Source of the DNA: Thermoleophilia bacterium
GTDB lineage: Bacteria > Actinomycetota > Thermoleophilia > RBG-16-64-13
NCBI GenBank assembly: GCA_050943595.1
Contig: JBMNPM010000007.1
Coordinates: 6,288 to 70,287 of the forward strand
Length of the DNA: 64,000 bases
Direction: 5' to 3'
The first letter of the stretch is position 1. Every line of letters begins with the position of its first letter. Under the pieces are notes generated by a model, which searched no databases, was not told the origin of the DNA, and was given only the letters and a program-made list of their open reading frames with translations. A program made the position numbers and the translations under genes. Below, one piece after another: positions 50,069 to 60,314 of this stretch.

Positions 50069-53000
50069 ATGCCTAGGCGTCCCGATATCCGCAAAGTGCT
50101 CATCATCGGCTCCGGTCCCATAGTCATCGGTCAGGCCTGTGAGTTCGACTACTCCGGCACGCAGGCCTGCAAGGCGCTGCGTCAGCTGGGGTATGAGATC
50201 GTCCTCGTGAACTCCAACCCGGCCACCATTATGACTGACCCGGTGATGGCGGACGAGACCTACATCGAGCCCCTTAACCTGCAGACTCTCGCGAGCATCA
50301 TCGCCACTGCCAAGCCGGACGCCCTGTTGCCCAACTTGGGCGGGCAGTCCGCCCTCAATCTGTCTTCCGAGCTGTACCGCGAGGGAGTACTGGCCGAGCA
50401 TGGAGTGAGCATCATCGGAGTGGGGCCCGACGCCATTGAGCGGGGCGAAGATAGACTGGCCTTCAAGGAGGCCATGACCAAGCTGGGCATAGGCATGCCA
50501 CGCAGCGAGATCTGCTACTCAGTGGAACAGGCTACCGAGGTAGCCGGCGAGCTGGGCTATCCCGTGGTCGTCCGGCCCGCGTATACAATGGGAGGCACCG
50601 GCGGCGGCATCGTCTACAACCGCGAGGACCTGCGAATGATCGCCGAGCGAGGCATCCGTGCCAGCCTGGTCGGCCAAGTGCTGATAGAGGAATCGGTCCT
50701 TGGCTGGGAGGAGCTCGAACTCGAGGTAGTCCGCGACGCCACAGGTCAGATGATCACGGTCTGCTTCATCGAGAACGTCGATGCTATGGGAGTGCACACG
50801 GGCGACAGCTTCTGCACGGCCCCCATGCTCACCATAGCCCCCGCTCTGCAAGAAACATTGCAAAAGTACGCTTATGCCATCGTCGAAGCCATCGAAGTCA
50901 TCGGGGGCACGAACATCCAGTTCGCGCACGACCCCCGGACGGGACGAGTGGTGGTCATCGAGATCAACCCGCGCACCTCCCGCTCCTCTGCACTGGCCTC
51001 TAAAGCCACCGGCTTCCCCATCGCCTTCGTGAGTTCGCTACTGGCCGGGGGCCTGACCCTCAACGAGATCCCCTACTGGCGTGACGGTACCCTCGATAAG
51101 TACACCCCCTCAGGCGACTACATAGTGGTGAAATTCGCCCGCTGGGCCTTCGAAAAATTCCGCGGCTCCCGAGATCGCCTGGGCACCCAGATGCGGGCCG
51201 TCGGTGAAGTGATGGCCATCGGCAAGAACTATAAGGAAACCTTTCAGAAGGCCATACGTTCTCTCGAGACAGGCCGCCACGGCCTGGGCTTCGCCAAGGA
51301 TTTCCACACCCGTTCGCTCGACGAGCTCCTGTCCGCCCTCACCGAGCCCAGCAGCGAGAGACACTTCCTCATGTATGAGGCGCTACGTAAGGGCGCAACG
51401 ACGGAGACGCTTTGCAAACGCACAGGAGTCAAAGCCTGGTTCATCGACCAGATGCGCGAGTTGGTGGAACTCGAAGAACTCATCCTCCGTCACCGACCCC
51501 CTAACGCAGCCGCCGGACCCCACGCCGACACGGAAGGCGATGCTCAGGCCATCGACGGCTGCACGGAGGCCGATTCCAGCCCCATCCTCCCCAACGACCT
51601 GCTGATCAAGGCTAAGAGGGACGGGTTCGCCGATGCCTATCTAGCCAAGCTCCTCGGAGTATCTGAGGCACGCATTCGTGCCCAGCGCACGGCTTTGGGG
51701 CTGATTCATGGCTACGAAGCGGTGCCGGTGAGCGGAGTGGAGAATGCAGCCTACTACTACTCCACCTACAATGCCCCCGACTCGGTGCCGGTGAGCAACC
51801 GGCGCAAGATCATGGTGCTAGGTGGAGGCCCCAACCGCATCGGCCAGGGAATCGAGTTTGACTATTGTTGTGTGCATGCCGCCTTTGCCCTACGCGACGC
51901 CGGCATCGAATCGATCATGGTCAACTGCAATCCCGAGACCGTATCCACCGATTACGACACCTCCGACAAACTCTACTTCGAGCCCCTCACCATCGAGGAC
52001 GTGCTCGCCATCTACGAGAAGGAACGGCCCGAAGGGGTCATCGTGCAGTTTGGCGGACAGACGCCACTCAACCTGGCCCGCCGGCTCGAGGAGGCGGGTG
52101 TGCCCATCATCGGCACCTCACCGGAGACCATCGATCTGGCCGAGGACCGCGACCGCTTCCGTAGCATCATGGCCCGCATGGGCATTCCTATGCCCGAGGC
52201 GGCCATGGCGGTATCGTTGGATGAAGCGCGGGCGGCCGCAGATAAGATCGGCTACCCGGTCATGTTGCGCCCCAGTTACGTGCTGGGCGGCCGGGGCATG
52301 GAGATCATCCACGACGAGAAGATGCTGTGTGAGTACATGGCGGCCGCCGTCGACGTCTCTCCCGAGCGCCCCATCCTCATCGACAAGTTCCTGGAGGACG
52401 CCATCGAATGTGAGGCCGATGCTCTGGCCGACGGCACCGACGCTTTCGTACCCGCAGTCATGCAGCACATCGAGTATGCAGGAATCCACTCGGGCGACTC
52501 GGCCTGCGTTATCCCTCCGGTGAGCATCCCCAAAGAGCACCTCGAAGTCATCGAGGACTACACACGACGTATCGCCACCGAGCTGGGCGTGGTGGGCCTT
52601 ATGAATATGCAGTACGCGATCCGGAACGGTACCGTCTACGTGCTTGAGGCAAATCCACGGGCCTCTCGCACGGTCCCGCTGGTGTCGAAGGTCTGTAATA
52701 TCCAGATGGCCCGCCTGGCCACAGAACTTATGTTGGGAGCCAAGTTGGCCGACCTGGGCCTCGAATCCCGAACCATCCCCTACTACGGGGTCAAGGAAGC
52801 GGTATTCCCGTTCAATATGTTCCCAGAGGTCGACCCGGTCCTGGGGCCCGAGATGCGCTCGACAGGCGAAGTGTTGGGCATAGCAGATTCATTCGGACTC
52901 GCCTTCGCAAAATCCCAGGAGGCGGCGCAACAGTCCCTGCCCCTCGAAGGCACAGTACTCATCACTGTGGCCGAACGCGATCGGGAATCGATCCTGCAGG

Positions 53001-53359
53001 CAGCGCAACAGTTCCACGCGCTTGGTTTCACCATCCGGGCCACCACGGGCACCAATGCTTTCTTGCTTCAGCACGGTATTCCCGCCGACCCCATACTCAA
53101 GCTCCACGAAGGTCGGCCGCACATCGAGGATGCGATCAAGAGCGGTTCCATCCAGTTGGTTATCAACACACCGGCAGGCAGATTCAGTGAGTACGACGAC
53201 TCTTACATCCGCAAGGCCGCCATCCGCCACAAAGTACCCTACATAACAACACCCGCCGCAGCCACAGCAGCCGCCATGGGCATCAAGGCCCGCAGGAACG
53301 CAGAAAGGCGGCAGGTCTGTTCGCTGCAGGACTATCATCGCACCTTAGGATGCTGCTGA
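50069..53359 (+). CDS. carB: Carbamoyl-phosphate synthase large subunit CarB.
   Basis: Duplicated ATP-grasp halves (IRKVLIIGSGPIVIGQACEFDYSGTQA ... KIMVLGGGPNRIGQGIEFDYCCVHA) and an MGS-like C-terminal domain. GGAGGGAG RBS. No carA upstream. Confidence 0.95.
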   Translation: MPRRPDIRKVLIIGSGPIVIGQACEFDYSGTQACKALRQLGYEIVLVNSNPATIMTDPVMADETYIEPLNLQTLASIIATAKPDALLPNLGGQSALNLSSELYREGVLAEHGVSIIGVGPDAIERGEDRLAFKEAMTKLGIGMPRSEICYSVEQATEVAGELGYPVVVRPAYTMGGTGGGIVYNREDLRMIAERGIRASLVGQVLIEESVLGWEELELEVVRDATGQMITVCFIENVDAMGVHTGDSFCTAPMLTIAPALQETLQKYAYAIVEAIEVIGGTNIQFAHDPRTGRVVVIEINPRTSRSSALASKATGFPIAFVSSLLAGGLTLNEIPYWRDGTLDKYTPSGDYIVVKFARWAFEKFRGSRDRLGTQMRAVGEVMAIGKNYKETFQKAIRSLETGRHGLGFAKDFHTRSLDELLSALTEPSSERHFLMYEALRKGATTETLCKRTGVKAWFIDQMRELVELEELILRHRPPNAAAGPHADTEGDAQAIDGCTEADSSPILPNDLLIKAKRDGFADAYLAKLLGVSEARIRAQRTALGLIHGYEAVPVSGVENAAYYYSTYNAPDSVPVSNRRKIMVLGGGPNRIGQGIEFDYCCVHAAFALRDAGIESIMVNCNPETVSTDYDTSDKLYFEPLTIEDVLAIYEKERPEGVIVQFGGQTPLNLARRLEEAGVPIIGTSPETIDLAEDRDRFRSIMARMGIPMPEAAMAVSLDEARAAADKIGYPVMLRPSYVLGGRGMEIIHDEKMLCEYMAAAVDVSPERPILIDKFLEDAIECEADALADGTDAFVPAVMQHIEYAGIHSGDSACVIPPVSIPKEHLEVIEDYTRRIATELGVVGLMNMQYAIRNGTVYVLEANPRASRTVPLVSKVCNIQMARLATELMLGAKLADLGLESRTIPYYGVKEAVFPFNMFPEVDPVLGPEMRSTGEVLGIADSFGLAFAKSQEAAQQSLPLEGTVLITVAERDRESILQAAQQFHALGFTIRATTGTNAFLLQHGIPADPILKLHEGRPHIEDAIKSGSIQLVINTPAGRFSEYDDSYIRKAAIRHKVPYITTPAAATAAAMGIKARRNAERRQVCSLQDYHRTLGCC

Positions 53360-53446
53360 CAGGACTATCTGCCCACAGCGTACGAGAGTCCGCTATGACT
53401 TTATGCACTATCCGATGTTTTTATTCGCAAATCTGCAGGAAGATAC

Positions 53447-53650
53447 TTGACAGGCGGATGTGGATGAGTATACTGATATAAGGAGTCCCAAGAGATCAGA
53501 CGCAGCATCTGACAAGCTTACAAAAGGGGCCCGTGGAGGAAATGCGGAGACAAATAGCCGCAAAGTACGCAGAAGCGGGAGCAAAGTAAGACTCAGCGAC
53601 ACAGCGACAGATGCAAAGCGAGTTCACTTGGGACTCTCCATTTTTACCCA
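53447..53650 (+). ncRNA. Candidate orphan small RNA (consensus promoter, closing helix, U-tract).
   Basis: TTGACA-16 nt-TATACT promoter (53447-53474). 5' GGAGUCCCAAG pairs with 3' CUUGGGACUCUCC, followed by AUUUUUA. No ORF or downstream same-strand gene. Confidence 0.35.
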
Positions 53651-53781
53651 TATTTGTGCCCACACCTCCTTCATTGATCGCCGAATCACTCAAGCCCCTG
53701 CAGTAGTCCGCAGCCGCGCAGCCGTGATCTCGAGTGAATCGCCGGCCGTTCGATCACATCGTCAGGGGCAGCACATGCCGA

Positions 53782-53997
53782 CTATATGTCGTCCTTGGTC
53801 TTGTATTTGCGACTGAGGGCCAAACCGGCGGCGACCAACACAAGAGCGAGCACAATCATACCTATAGAGAGGCTGATCGGCAGAGTACCGATCCACGCCA
53901 CTCCCATCCCAATGACCGCTCCGACGATGAGAAGGAAGACGCCCAAGCGGTCGAGTTGCTTGTTGGTTGGCCTCTTCGTCTCGCCCCCCTCGGTCAC
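53782..53997 (-). CDS. Small two-TM membrane protein (71 aa), hypothetical.
   Basis: Two clear hydrophobic helices (VFLLIVGAVIGMGVAWI and IGMIVLALVLVAAGLAL) with a K-rich C-terminus. Confidence 0.35.
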   Translation of the reverse strand: MTEGGETKRPTNKQLDRLGVFLLIVGAVIGMGVAWIGTLPISLSIGMIVLALVLVAAGLALSRKYKTKDDI

Positions 53998-54137
53998 TGT
54001 TGAACCCGGGAAACCTACCAGCGCGCAGACCCGCCGTCAACCCCTTCGACCCCTTGCCTCAGAGGCCTTTCTCCCGTGCCCCGCAGGCCCTCCCTAGACG
54101 CACAGCACGCACAGCAGGTTATAAAGCAGGAGACAAA

Positions 54138-55040
54138 CTACTCGTCATCCCACCCGGCGCTACCCTTGTCGTCAGCGGTATACGCAAGGATGTTCTCAAC
54201 CTCGCCGGCCGACAGGGGCGGATTCCGAGCAAGCATGAGCGCAATCACCCCGGCAACCACAGGCGAAGCGAAAGAGGTGCCGTTAGAACAGCCGATGTCC
54301 CACCGGGAACCGCTCCCCTTGTCATATGTCGCCATGTGCTGGCCTGGCGCCACAAGATCGAGTTCCGAACCATAGCCATCGTTGCCCGCTGCAGCTACAA
54401 CTATGGCTCCGCGGCGTTGCGCGTGCTCAATCTGTGAACCGGCATAATCTTCGCCTTCCAGTCAACCCCCGCTATACCGATAGCGTTATTCCCTGTCGCA
54501 GCCAAGATTCCGGCTACAGCCCGTTCCGTGGCCTTCCTTGTCATTCCAATACTGGTAGGCAGAGCTACCATAATAGACGCTGTAAGGACTGACCACCCGA
54601 CCGGCAAAATCGGTGAGTTGGGCTAGGCCAGTATCAATGACGGACACCGTCACCGAGGTAGAACCGGTCGTAAGATCCCATGCCGCTGGAAGACCAATGG
54701 CGGCAGGCCCCCACTGCTTGGCGTACAAAAGGGGTGAACTTGACCACCAACCTGTCTGCTGCGGCCGGCGCTGGCTCATCAGCCGAGTAGAGCTGCGCGC
54801 TCACCAGCGACTGGGGGAGTCGCGAAGAACAGATAAATCGGCAACCTGCCCCGATACGCTGGTGATAGCTTCACCAGCCGGGATATCTCGTGCCGGTAGG
54901 GTTGCCAGATTTGGTACAGATAGAGCCAAAGCAGGCGCGGCCATTCCGCACACCGCCACTGTGATAGCCAGCAGGCAGGCGAGAGCAATGCTGGAAACAA
55001 AGGCGCCGCACAACCATCTTAGATTGAACAGCTCACGCAC
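54138..55040 (-). pseudogene. Subtilisin-like (S8) serine protease pseudogene split over three frames.
   Basis: Signal peptide (54801-55040 frame); Asp motif VSVIDTGL and His motif HGTG (54486-54779 frame); AAGNN (54401-54607 frame); Ser motif GTSFASPVVAGVIALM (54138-54353 frame). Confidence 0.65.
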
Positions 55041-55090
55041 CCTTCCCCTACACTGCTCCCGCCTGAAAAAATCATCGAATCATAGCCTTA

Positions 55091-55280
55091 AGCGGCTGCT
55101 GAACTATGACGCTTCGCCGCCGGAACACGATCAGCACGCATCAGCACGCGCGAAAAGAGGAGAGAGGGGGCGCGAATAGCAGCGCTATTCGCGCGACCGA
55201 TGACGTACTATCGTGCTGCTCAGTGTGTTCCGACGGCCGGGGTTTTGTTTTCCAGCAGCCCCCTATTTTCAGCAGCCTCC
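55091..55280 (+). mobile_element. MITE-like repeat, copy 3 (right TIR partially duplicated).
   Basis: AGCGGCTGCTGAACTATGACGCTTCGCCGCC...CGCGAATAGCAGCGCTATTCGCGCG...TTTTCCAGCAGCC..TTTTCAGCAGCCTCC. Confidence 0.65.
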
Positions 55281-55307
55281 TAAGTGGCAAGAACCGGGCC
55301 AGCCCCC

Positions 55308-56630
55308 TTACCTATGCAGCAAATTGTAGAGCACCAGGCATACCTCCCCACGGGTAGCCGACTTAAAGAAATTGTAGTTAGGGCCAATACCCTCCAGGCC
55401 GTTAAGCAGTCCGGCATAAGCGGCAGTGCGGGAGAACGGGTAATGGGTGTTGTCATATCTTGAGAACGGAGGCGTGTAGTCCCTTGGAGGATCCGCGATA
55501 CCGGCAGCCCTCGTTACCATAGTAATGAGCTGCGCCCGAGTAATGTTGCCGAACGGATCAAACTTTGTCGGGGTCTTGCCGACAGTAACGCCACGCGCTG
55601 CACACACCGCCACGTATTTATCGGGATAAAGTGGGTCGTTCGCGTCAAGTCCACTTGGCACATCGGTAAAAGGACATGCATTCGCTTGAGACACCGGGTA
55701 TCCCATGGTCTTCACGATCATCTTTGCGAACTGCTGCCGTGTGACAGACGAGTTGGGCTGAAACGTTCCATTAGGAAAGCCACTGATTATCTTGCGGTCC
55801 GCCAGATCATTGATCTGCCGGAAGTAGCGGTGCTGAGAAGTTACGTCGCTGAACTGACCGTCTTGATATGTAGATCCTGATCTTGAGTAGGTCGCGTACC
55901 CATCGTCTGGCAGATCATCCGAATAGTAGTTATTGGTACCTTCGTAGAAACTATACATAAAGAAATTAAAACTAAGGGGCGACCCCAGATAGGAAACCGG
56001 CACCCAAATCAAAATGGAATGACCATCAGAGAGTTCCGTGTACCCCACTTCTCCTACAGTAGACCAGGTATTATCGTCTTCTGAAGGAGTCTTTACTAGA
56101 GTGGCAATCCAATCACCATCACTACCGTCACTTTCTATAAAAATGGAGTAGTCAGAACCCAGATTTATTGACGGCCAATAATCGCCAGTGCGGGGGTTCT
56201 TATCAACATCAAGACAGATATCCACATATTCATTATCTCCAATCCCAACAAAAGGATCGGCAAACTCGATTAAAAAGTTATATGTAGAATCATCCTTATC
56301 GTAAGCAATCTCCAGACTACTAAAGTCTAGTGCCAGGGAGACGTCTCCATCAGAATCGTAGTATGCCTGGATATCCTGATAGTCCTCCTGGATATACCGT
56401 ATACTGTTCTGGGCAGATAGAGTTGACTTTTTGGATAGCTTGGAAACTCCAGGATGATCAGAAACCGCTGATAACTTAGACTCAAAGCTCTTAATGAGAG
56501 AGTGAGGTACGGTACCGGCAGACGCCATGGAAGCTGCTTCAGCCTTCGGCTGAACGAAAACAAAAGCACTCAAGAGCAACATAGTGCAGCAGGCAACCGC
56601 AGCTATAATCCAATGACAAGCTTTTTTCAT
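55308..56630 (-). CDS. Cell-surface protein with C-terminal SLH (S-layer homology) domains.
   Basis: Signal peptide, then three SLH repeats (FSDVTSQHRYFRQINDLADRKIISGFPNGTFQPNSSVTRQQFAKMIV; FTDVPSG...; ITRAQLITMV). Lower GC (~48%). Confidence 0.7.
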   Translation of the reverse strand: MKKACHWIIAAVACCTMLLLSAFVFVQPKAEAASMASAGTVPHSLIKSFESKLSAVSDHPGVSKLSKKSTLSAQNSIRYIQEDYQDIQAYYDSDGDVSLALDFSSLEIAYDKDDSTYNFLIEFADPFVGIGDNEYVDICLDVDKNPRTGDYWPSINLGSDYSIFIESDGSDGDWIATLVKTPSEDDNTWSTVGEVGYTELSDGHSILIWVPVSYLGSPLSFNFFMYSFYEGTNNYYSDDLPDDGYATYSRSGSTYQDGQFSDVTSQHRYFRQINDLADRKIISGFPNGTFQPNSSVTRQQFAKMIVKTMGYPVSQANACPFTDVPSGLDANDPLYPDKYVAVCAARGVTVGKTPTKFDPFGNITRAQLITMVTRAAGIADPPRDYTPPFSRYDNTHYPFSRTAAYAGLLNGLEGIGPNYNFFKSATRGEVCLVLYNLLHR

Positions 56631-56895
56631 AGAAACCAGCTCCTCCACTCGTTGGTAATCCGGTCCCAAGAGACAATATCCTAGCTACTCATGCTACACC
56701 GACAGCACAACAAAGTAAACAGCGCCCGGTCGGCCTCTTAGTGTTAACTAAAACCCGGCCTCACATCAAAAGCAGAGCCGTGGTGTCGGTTGATGCGGCG
56801 AGATAGACCAACGATACGGGTAGCCCAACATGGAACCTTGTGCCCCGCGCCCCTCGGCGCTGCACCTGTTCTGTCGCCTCATGCAGCCTCCTCCG

Positions 56896-59211
56896 TCAGC
56901 TCCATGAGCTGCCGTCCGCCCTAATAAGCATCGTAGCCGCCGCCAAGCGGCTGATGGCCTCCTGGGGAGCCAGGTTGCCGGCGGAGGTGCCGCGGGTGAT
57001 GCCCTGACGTACGGCGAAGGCCATCTCATCACGCAGGGAGCTGCTCACGGCAGCGTGGTCACCGAAGGTGGCCAGGGTGCTGGTGATCTCGGCTTCGGTC
57101 ATGGCGGCAAGGTCGAAGCCGGCCTGGGAGGCCACCCGGCGGGCGATGATGGCCAGAGCCTGTTCTCGGGTGATAGTGATATCGGGAGCGAAGAGACCGT
57201 CACCGATGCCGTTTACCAACTGTGAGGCGTAGGCCCCCTCGATGTAGCCGAAGTAGAAGTGGTCCGCAGGCACGTCGCTGAAGGTGGCGGTGGTGGGATG
57301 AGTCTCTGCGATAGCGAAGGTGGCGGTGGCCATCTTCACAAACTGGGAGCGGAGGATGCTCTGGTGCGGCCGGAAGGTGCCGTCCTCATAGCCACGGGAG
57401 ATCCCCGCCAGCTGGGACAAGCTCACACCGTAGCCGGAGAGGGTGTCTGCGGAGAGGTCGGACCAGGAGGGAGCGACCGCAATAGTGACCCCCACAACAT
57501 TCTCAATCACAACGTCAGACCGGGTCAGGCCCGGGCAGTAGATGCGTAGCGGCCGTACACTCCCTTCGACACGTTGGCCGCTTTCGAAGGCGTCATAGGC
57601 CACGAAGCACCTATCCTGCTCCTCGGGGCCGATCACGCGACTGCTGTCAATCACTCCGTTGCCATCATCCACATGAACAGTGACCCCTCGGCCGCCGGCG
57701 GCACCAAATCCCATTGACGACAGCACCTTGGTGAGCGGAACACCAACCACGTTGTGCGTGAAGTGGGCATCGCCTTCCGACCCGAAGTAGGATGTGTGAT
57801 AGATGCCCAGGAGGGCTATGTCCGATAGACTGATGGTCTTGCTCGTACTACCCTCGGTGACTTTCAAGGCGGGCACATCCGACCCCGCTCGAATCTTGCA
57901 CGTATCCTTGACAAAGCCGCAGTTGTTAGCCTCCGTGGCATGCGTCTGTCCGTAGACAAACAGAGGACTCGGCTCAGCCACGGCGCTGGTTGCGGTGGGA
58001 AGCACCACGCTTGGGTCGGGATGCAGCGCCGTCCTTGCTTCGGCGCTGTAGAAGACCAGCATCGGGCCCACGGCGGCACCCACGGTTCCGTCCGGCGCGA
58101 TGTAGTTGCGGCCTGTTCTAACACCGAAGGCATCGTTGACAAGATGGGCGTACGCGCGGCCTCCCGCCACCGCCTCCACGACCATGGGACCGCCAGCCAC
58201 GTCGACCCCTAAGGCAGACAGGGTCACCCCCAGATCGACACCTTCCACCAGGCTATATGTGTACTCCGGGGTGCCGTGGTTGTGATAGGAGGAGTAGAGG
58301 ATGGGCTTTTCAGTCCACGAATTGCCCAACCCCAAACCGTTCACACTCCGCGTAGCTTTGATGAAGTCCACCTGCGCCTTATCGAGATACACAAAACTGC
58401 CCAGCAGCCCCTTTCCTTGACTTATCCCGGTCCCTCCGATCACCAATCCGGCCGTCGCCGGCGACAATCCACCCAGATCCACACCGTTGCTACGCGCCAG
58501 TTCCACTTTCGGCAGCGGGACTGCCGACCCATCCGCCTGGGTTATCCGCAGAGCGGTTGTTCGTTCCATGTAGACCGCACCGTCACCGGCACCTGCAGCT
58601 TGGTCCCCACCTCCCTTTCGAGCAACGCGCAGATACGAGGCGGCGTACGCAGCAGAGGAGTCGGGGTCTTCAGTACTGAGCCTCGCCTCCGATACGTCGT
58701 TCACTCTCGTTGCCAGCATGTAATGATGACGTGCGTAGTCCTTTGCCTCACCCACAGAAAACGCCTCGTTTTGAGCACCATCGTCGGTGATAACCGTGAT
58801 GCGGTAGTCATCCTGTAGCGTCATATTCAGTGTTTCTTCGATGCTCGATAACACATCGCCCAGCCTTATACCCCAGCAGCTGTCCAGCCTTATGGCCCAG
58901 CCGCCACCTTCAGTATCCACGTTTGCATATACCTGGCTTTCCCATCTGCCGGCAAACTTGTAGCCCGCAACCCCGTTCATATCTCCCCAGGTATAAGGCA
59001 GTACCACGTCTCCAATGCCGACATTCAGCACCACGGCATCGTTCGCCGGATCAGCAGCCGCCACGTACGTAGATTTACCTAGAGCCGAGGGCACGTGTCC
59101 AAGTACCATCACGAGCATCACAACCAAAATGGCGCCGCCGGCGCGCACCGCCAACGCGACAAACCGCCGACCGACGCTGCTGCCCCCTCTGCTCACCTCA
59201 AGCTCCTTCAT
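56896..59211 (-). CDS. Large exported SLH-domain protein (candidate S-layer / cell-wall-anchored surface protein).
   Basis: Signal peptide; ~550 aa Gly/Thr/Val-rich beta-rich region; three C-terminal SLH repeats (FSDVPADHFYFGYIEGAYASQLVNGIGDGLFAPDITITREQALAII). Confidence 0.7.
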   Translation of the reverse strand: MKELEVSRGGSSVGRRFVALAVRAGGAILVVMLVMVLGHVPSALGKSTYVAAADPANDAVVLNVGIGDVVLPYTWGDMNGVAGYKFAGRWESQVYANVDTEGGGWAIRLDSCWGIRLGDVLSSIEETLNMTLQDDYRITVITDDGAQNEAFSVGEAKDYARHHYMLATRVNDVSEARLSTEDPDSSAAYAASYLRVARKGGGDQAAGAGDGAVYMERTTALRITQADGSAVPLPKVELARSNGVDLGGLSPATAGLVIGGTGISQGKGLLGSFVYLDKAQVDFIKATRSVNGLGLGNSWTEKPILYSSYHNHGTPEYTYSLVEGVDLGVTLSALGVDVAGGPMVVEAVAGGRAYAHLVNDAFGVRTGRNYIAPDGTVGAAVGPMLVFYSAEARTALHPDPSVVLPTATSAVAEPSPLFVYGQTHATEANNCGFVKDTCKIRAGSDVPALKVTEGSTSKTISLSDIALLGIYHTSYFGSEGDAHFTHNVVGVPLTKVLSSMGFGAAGGRGVTVHVDDGNGVIDSSRVIGPEEQDRCFVAYDAFESGQRVEGSVRPLRIYCPGLTRSDVVIENVVGVTIAVAPSWSDLSADTLSGYGVSLSQLAGISRGYEDGTFRPHQSILRSQFVKMATATFAIAETHPTTATFSDVPADHFYFGYIEGAYASQLVNGIGDGLFAPDITITREQALAIIARRVASQAGFDLAAMTEAEITSTLATFGDHAAVSSSLRDEMAFAVRQGITRGTSAGNLAPQEAISRLAAATMLIRADGSSWS

Positions 59212-59466
59212 TCATCCGTGTACCCGGCGCTGTTCTCTGTCCACCGACATATCCCCCGCGTATCAAGGGCAGCAGGAGACAACCGGCAGAGCCGCATTAT
59301 ACCTCGCTTAATATAACGACGGCGATCCAATCTCTTCACGCCCTCCCGTTGGTGTCAATGGAACTCTGCATCGTCTACGCCGACAGAGGGGTATGTGAAG
59401 TTAGGTCTCTCCCCTCAGGGGTATTATTGGAACGAGTCCAGGCCGAGAAAGAATGAAGGAGAGACC

Positions 59467-59766
59467 ATGAAGACCAAACGGTGGGCCACCCTCTCGGTCG
59501 GCAGCAAAGTGGCCCTTGTCCTGACGGGCGCACTGCAGGTAGGCCTGCTGGCGGGAACCCTGTGGGACATCGCACACCGATCCTCTGCAGAAGTCCGCGG
59601 AGACAGGCGCATGTGGGTCGGATTGGCGTTCATCAATTGGTTCGGTCCGCTGGCTTACTTCACCATCGGCCGCAAAGAAGGGCTGGTGACCCTCGCGAAG
59701 CGCTACTGCCCCATCCGACGCTCAGAGCGCACGAGCGGCGGCGAGATGGACACGGGCCGGGCTTGA
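59467..59766 (+). CDS. PLDc_N-domain small membrane protein.
   Basis: LWDIAHR...RMWVGLAFINWFGPLAYFTIGRK is the PLD-nuclease N-terminal (PF13396) pattern. Confidence 0.6.
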   Translation: MKTKRWATLSVGSKVALVLTGALQVGLLAGTLWDIAHRSSAEVRGDRRMWVGLAFINWFGPLAYFTIGRKEGLVTLAKRYCPIRRSERTSGGEMDTGRA

Positions 59767-59852
59767 CCGGACCTATGCCACCCACAGACAGAGGGGGATC
59801 GCCACGCGCAGCGGCGATCCCCACTAGGCAGGCCGCGGACGATGCCCGCTTC

Positions 59853-60314
59853 ATGACACTCGCCATCGAGGAAGCCCGCTGGGCCGCTGAACAAGGTGAA
59901 GTCCCCGTAGGAGCCGTCCTCACCATCGATGGAGCAGTGATCTCTGCCGCCGGAAACGAGCGCGAACGGCGCCACGATCCCACGGCCCATGCAGAGATGT
60001 TAGTGCTGCGACAGGCGGCCGAGCGACTTGGGGGATGGCGGCTCCACGAGGCCACCTTGTACGTGACCCTCGAGCCGTGTGCCATGTGCGCCGGGGCCAT
60101 CGTCTTGGCCCGTATCAAGCGGCTTGTCTACGGAGCCGACGACCCCAAAGCCGGAGCGGCCGGCTCGATCTTCAACATCGTCGAGCATCCAGCCGTCAAT
60201 CATCACCCCGAGATCAGAGCCGGCTTCATGGCCGCCGAGGGTGCTGCCGTGTTACGAGAATTCTTCGAGAGTAAACGAGACAACAAGGGACCCTCACATG
60301 TCGCCTCTCAATAG
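59853..60314 (+). CDS. tadA: tRNA-specific adenosine deaminase TadA.
   Basis: CMP/dCMP deaminase zinc motifs HAEM and LEPCAMCAGA. Confidence 0.85.
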   Translation: MTLAIEEARWAAEQGEVPVGAVLTIDGAVISAAGNERERRHDPTAHAEMLVLRQAAERLGGWRLHEATLYVTLEPCAMCAGAIVLARIKRLVYGADDPKAGAAGSIFNIVEHPAVNHHPEIRAGFMAAEGAAVLREFFESKRDNKGPSHVASQ

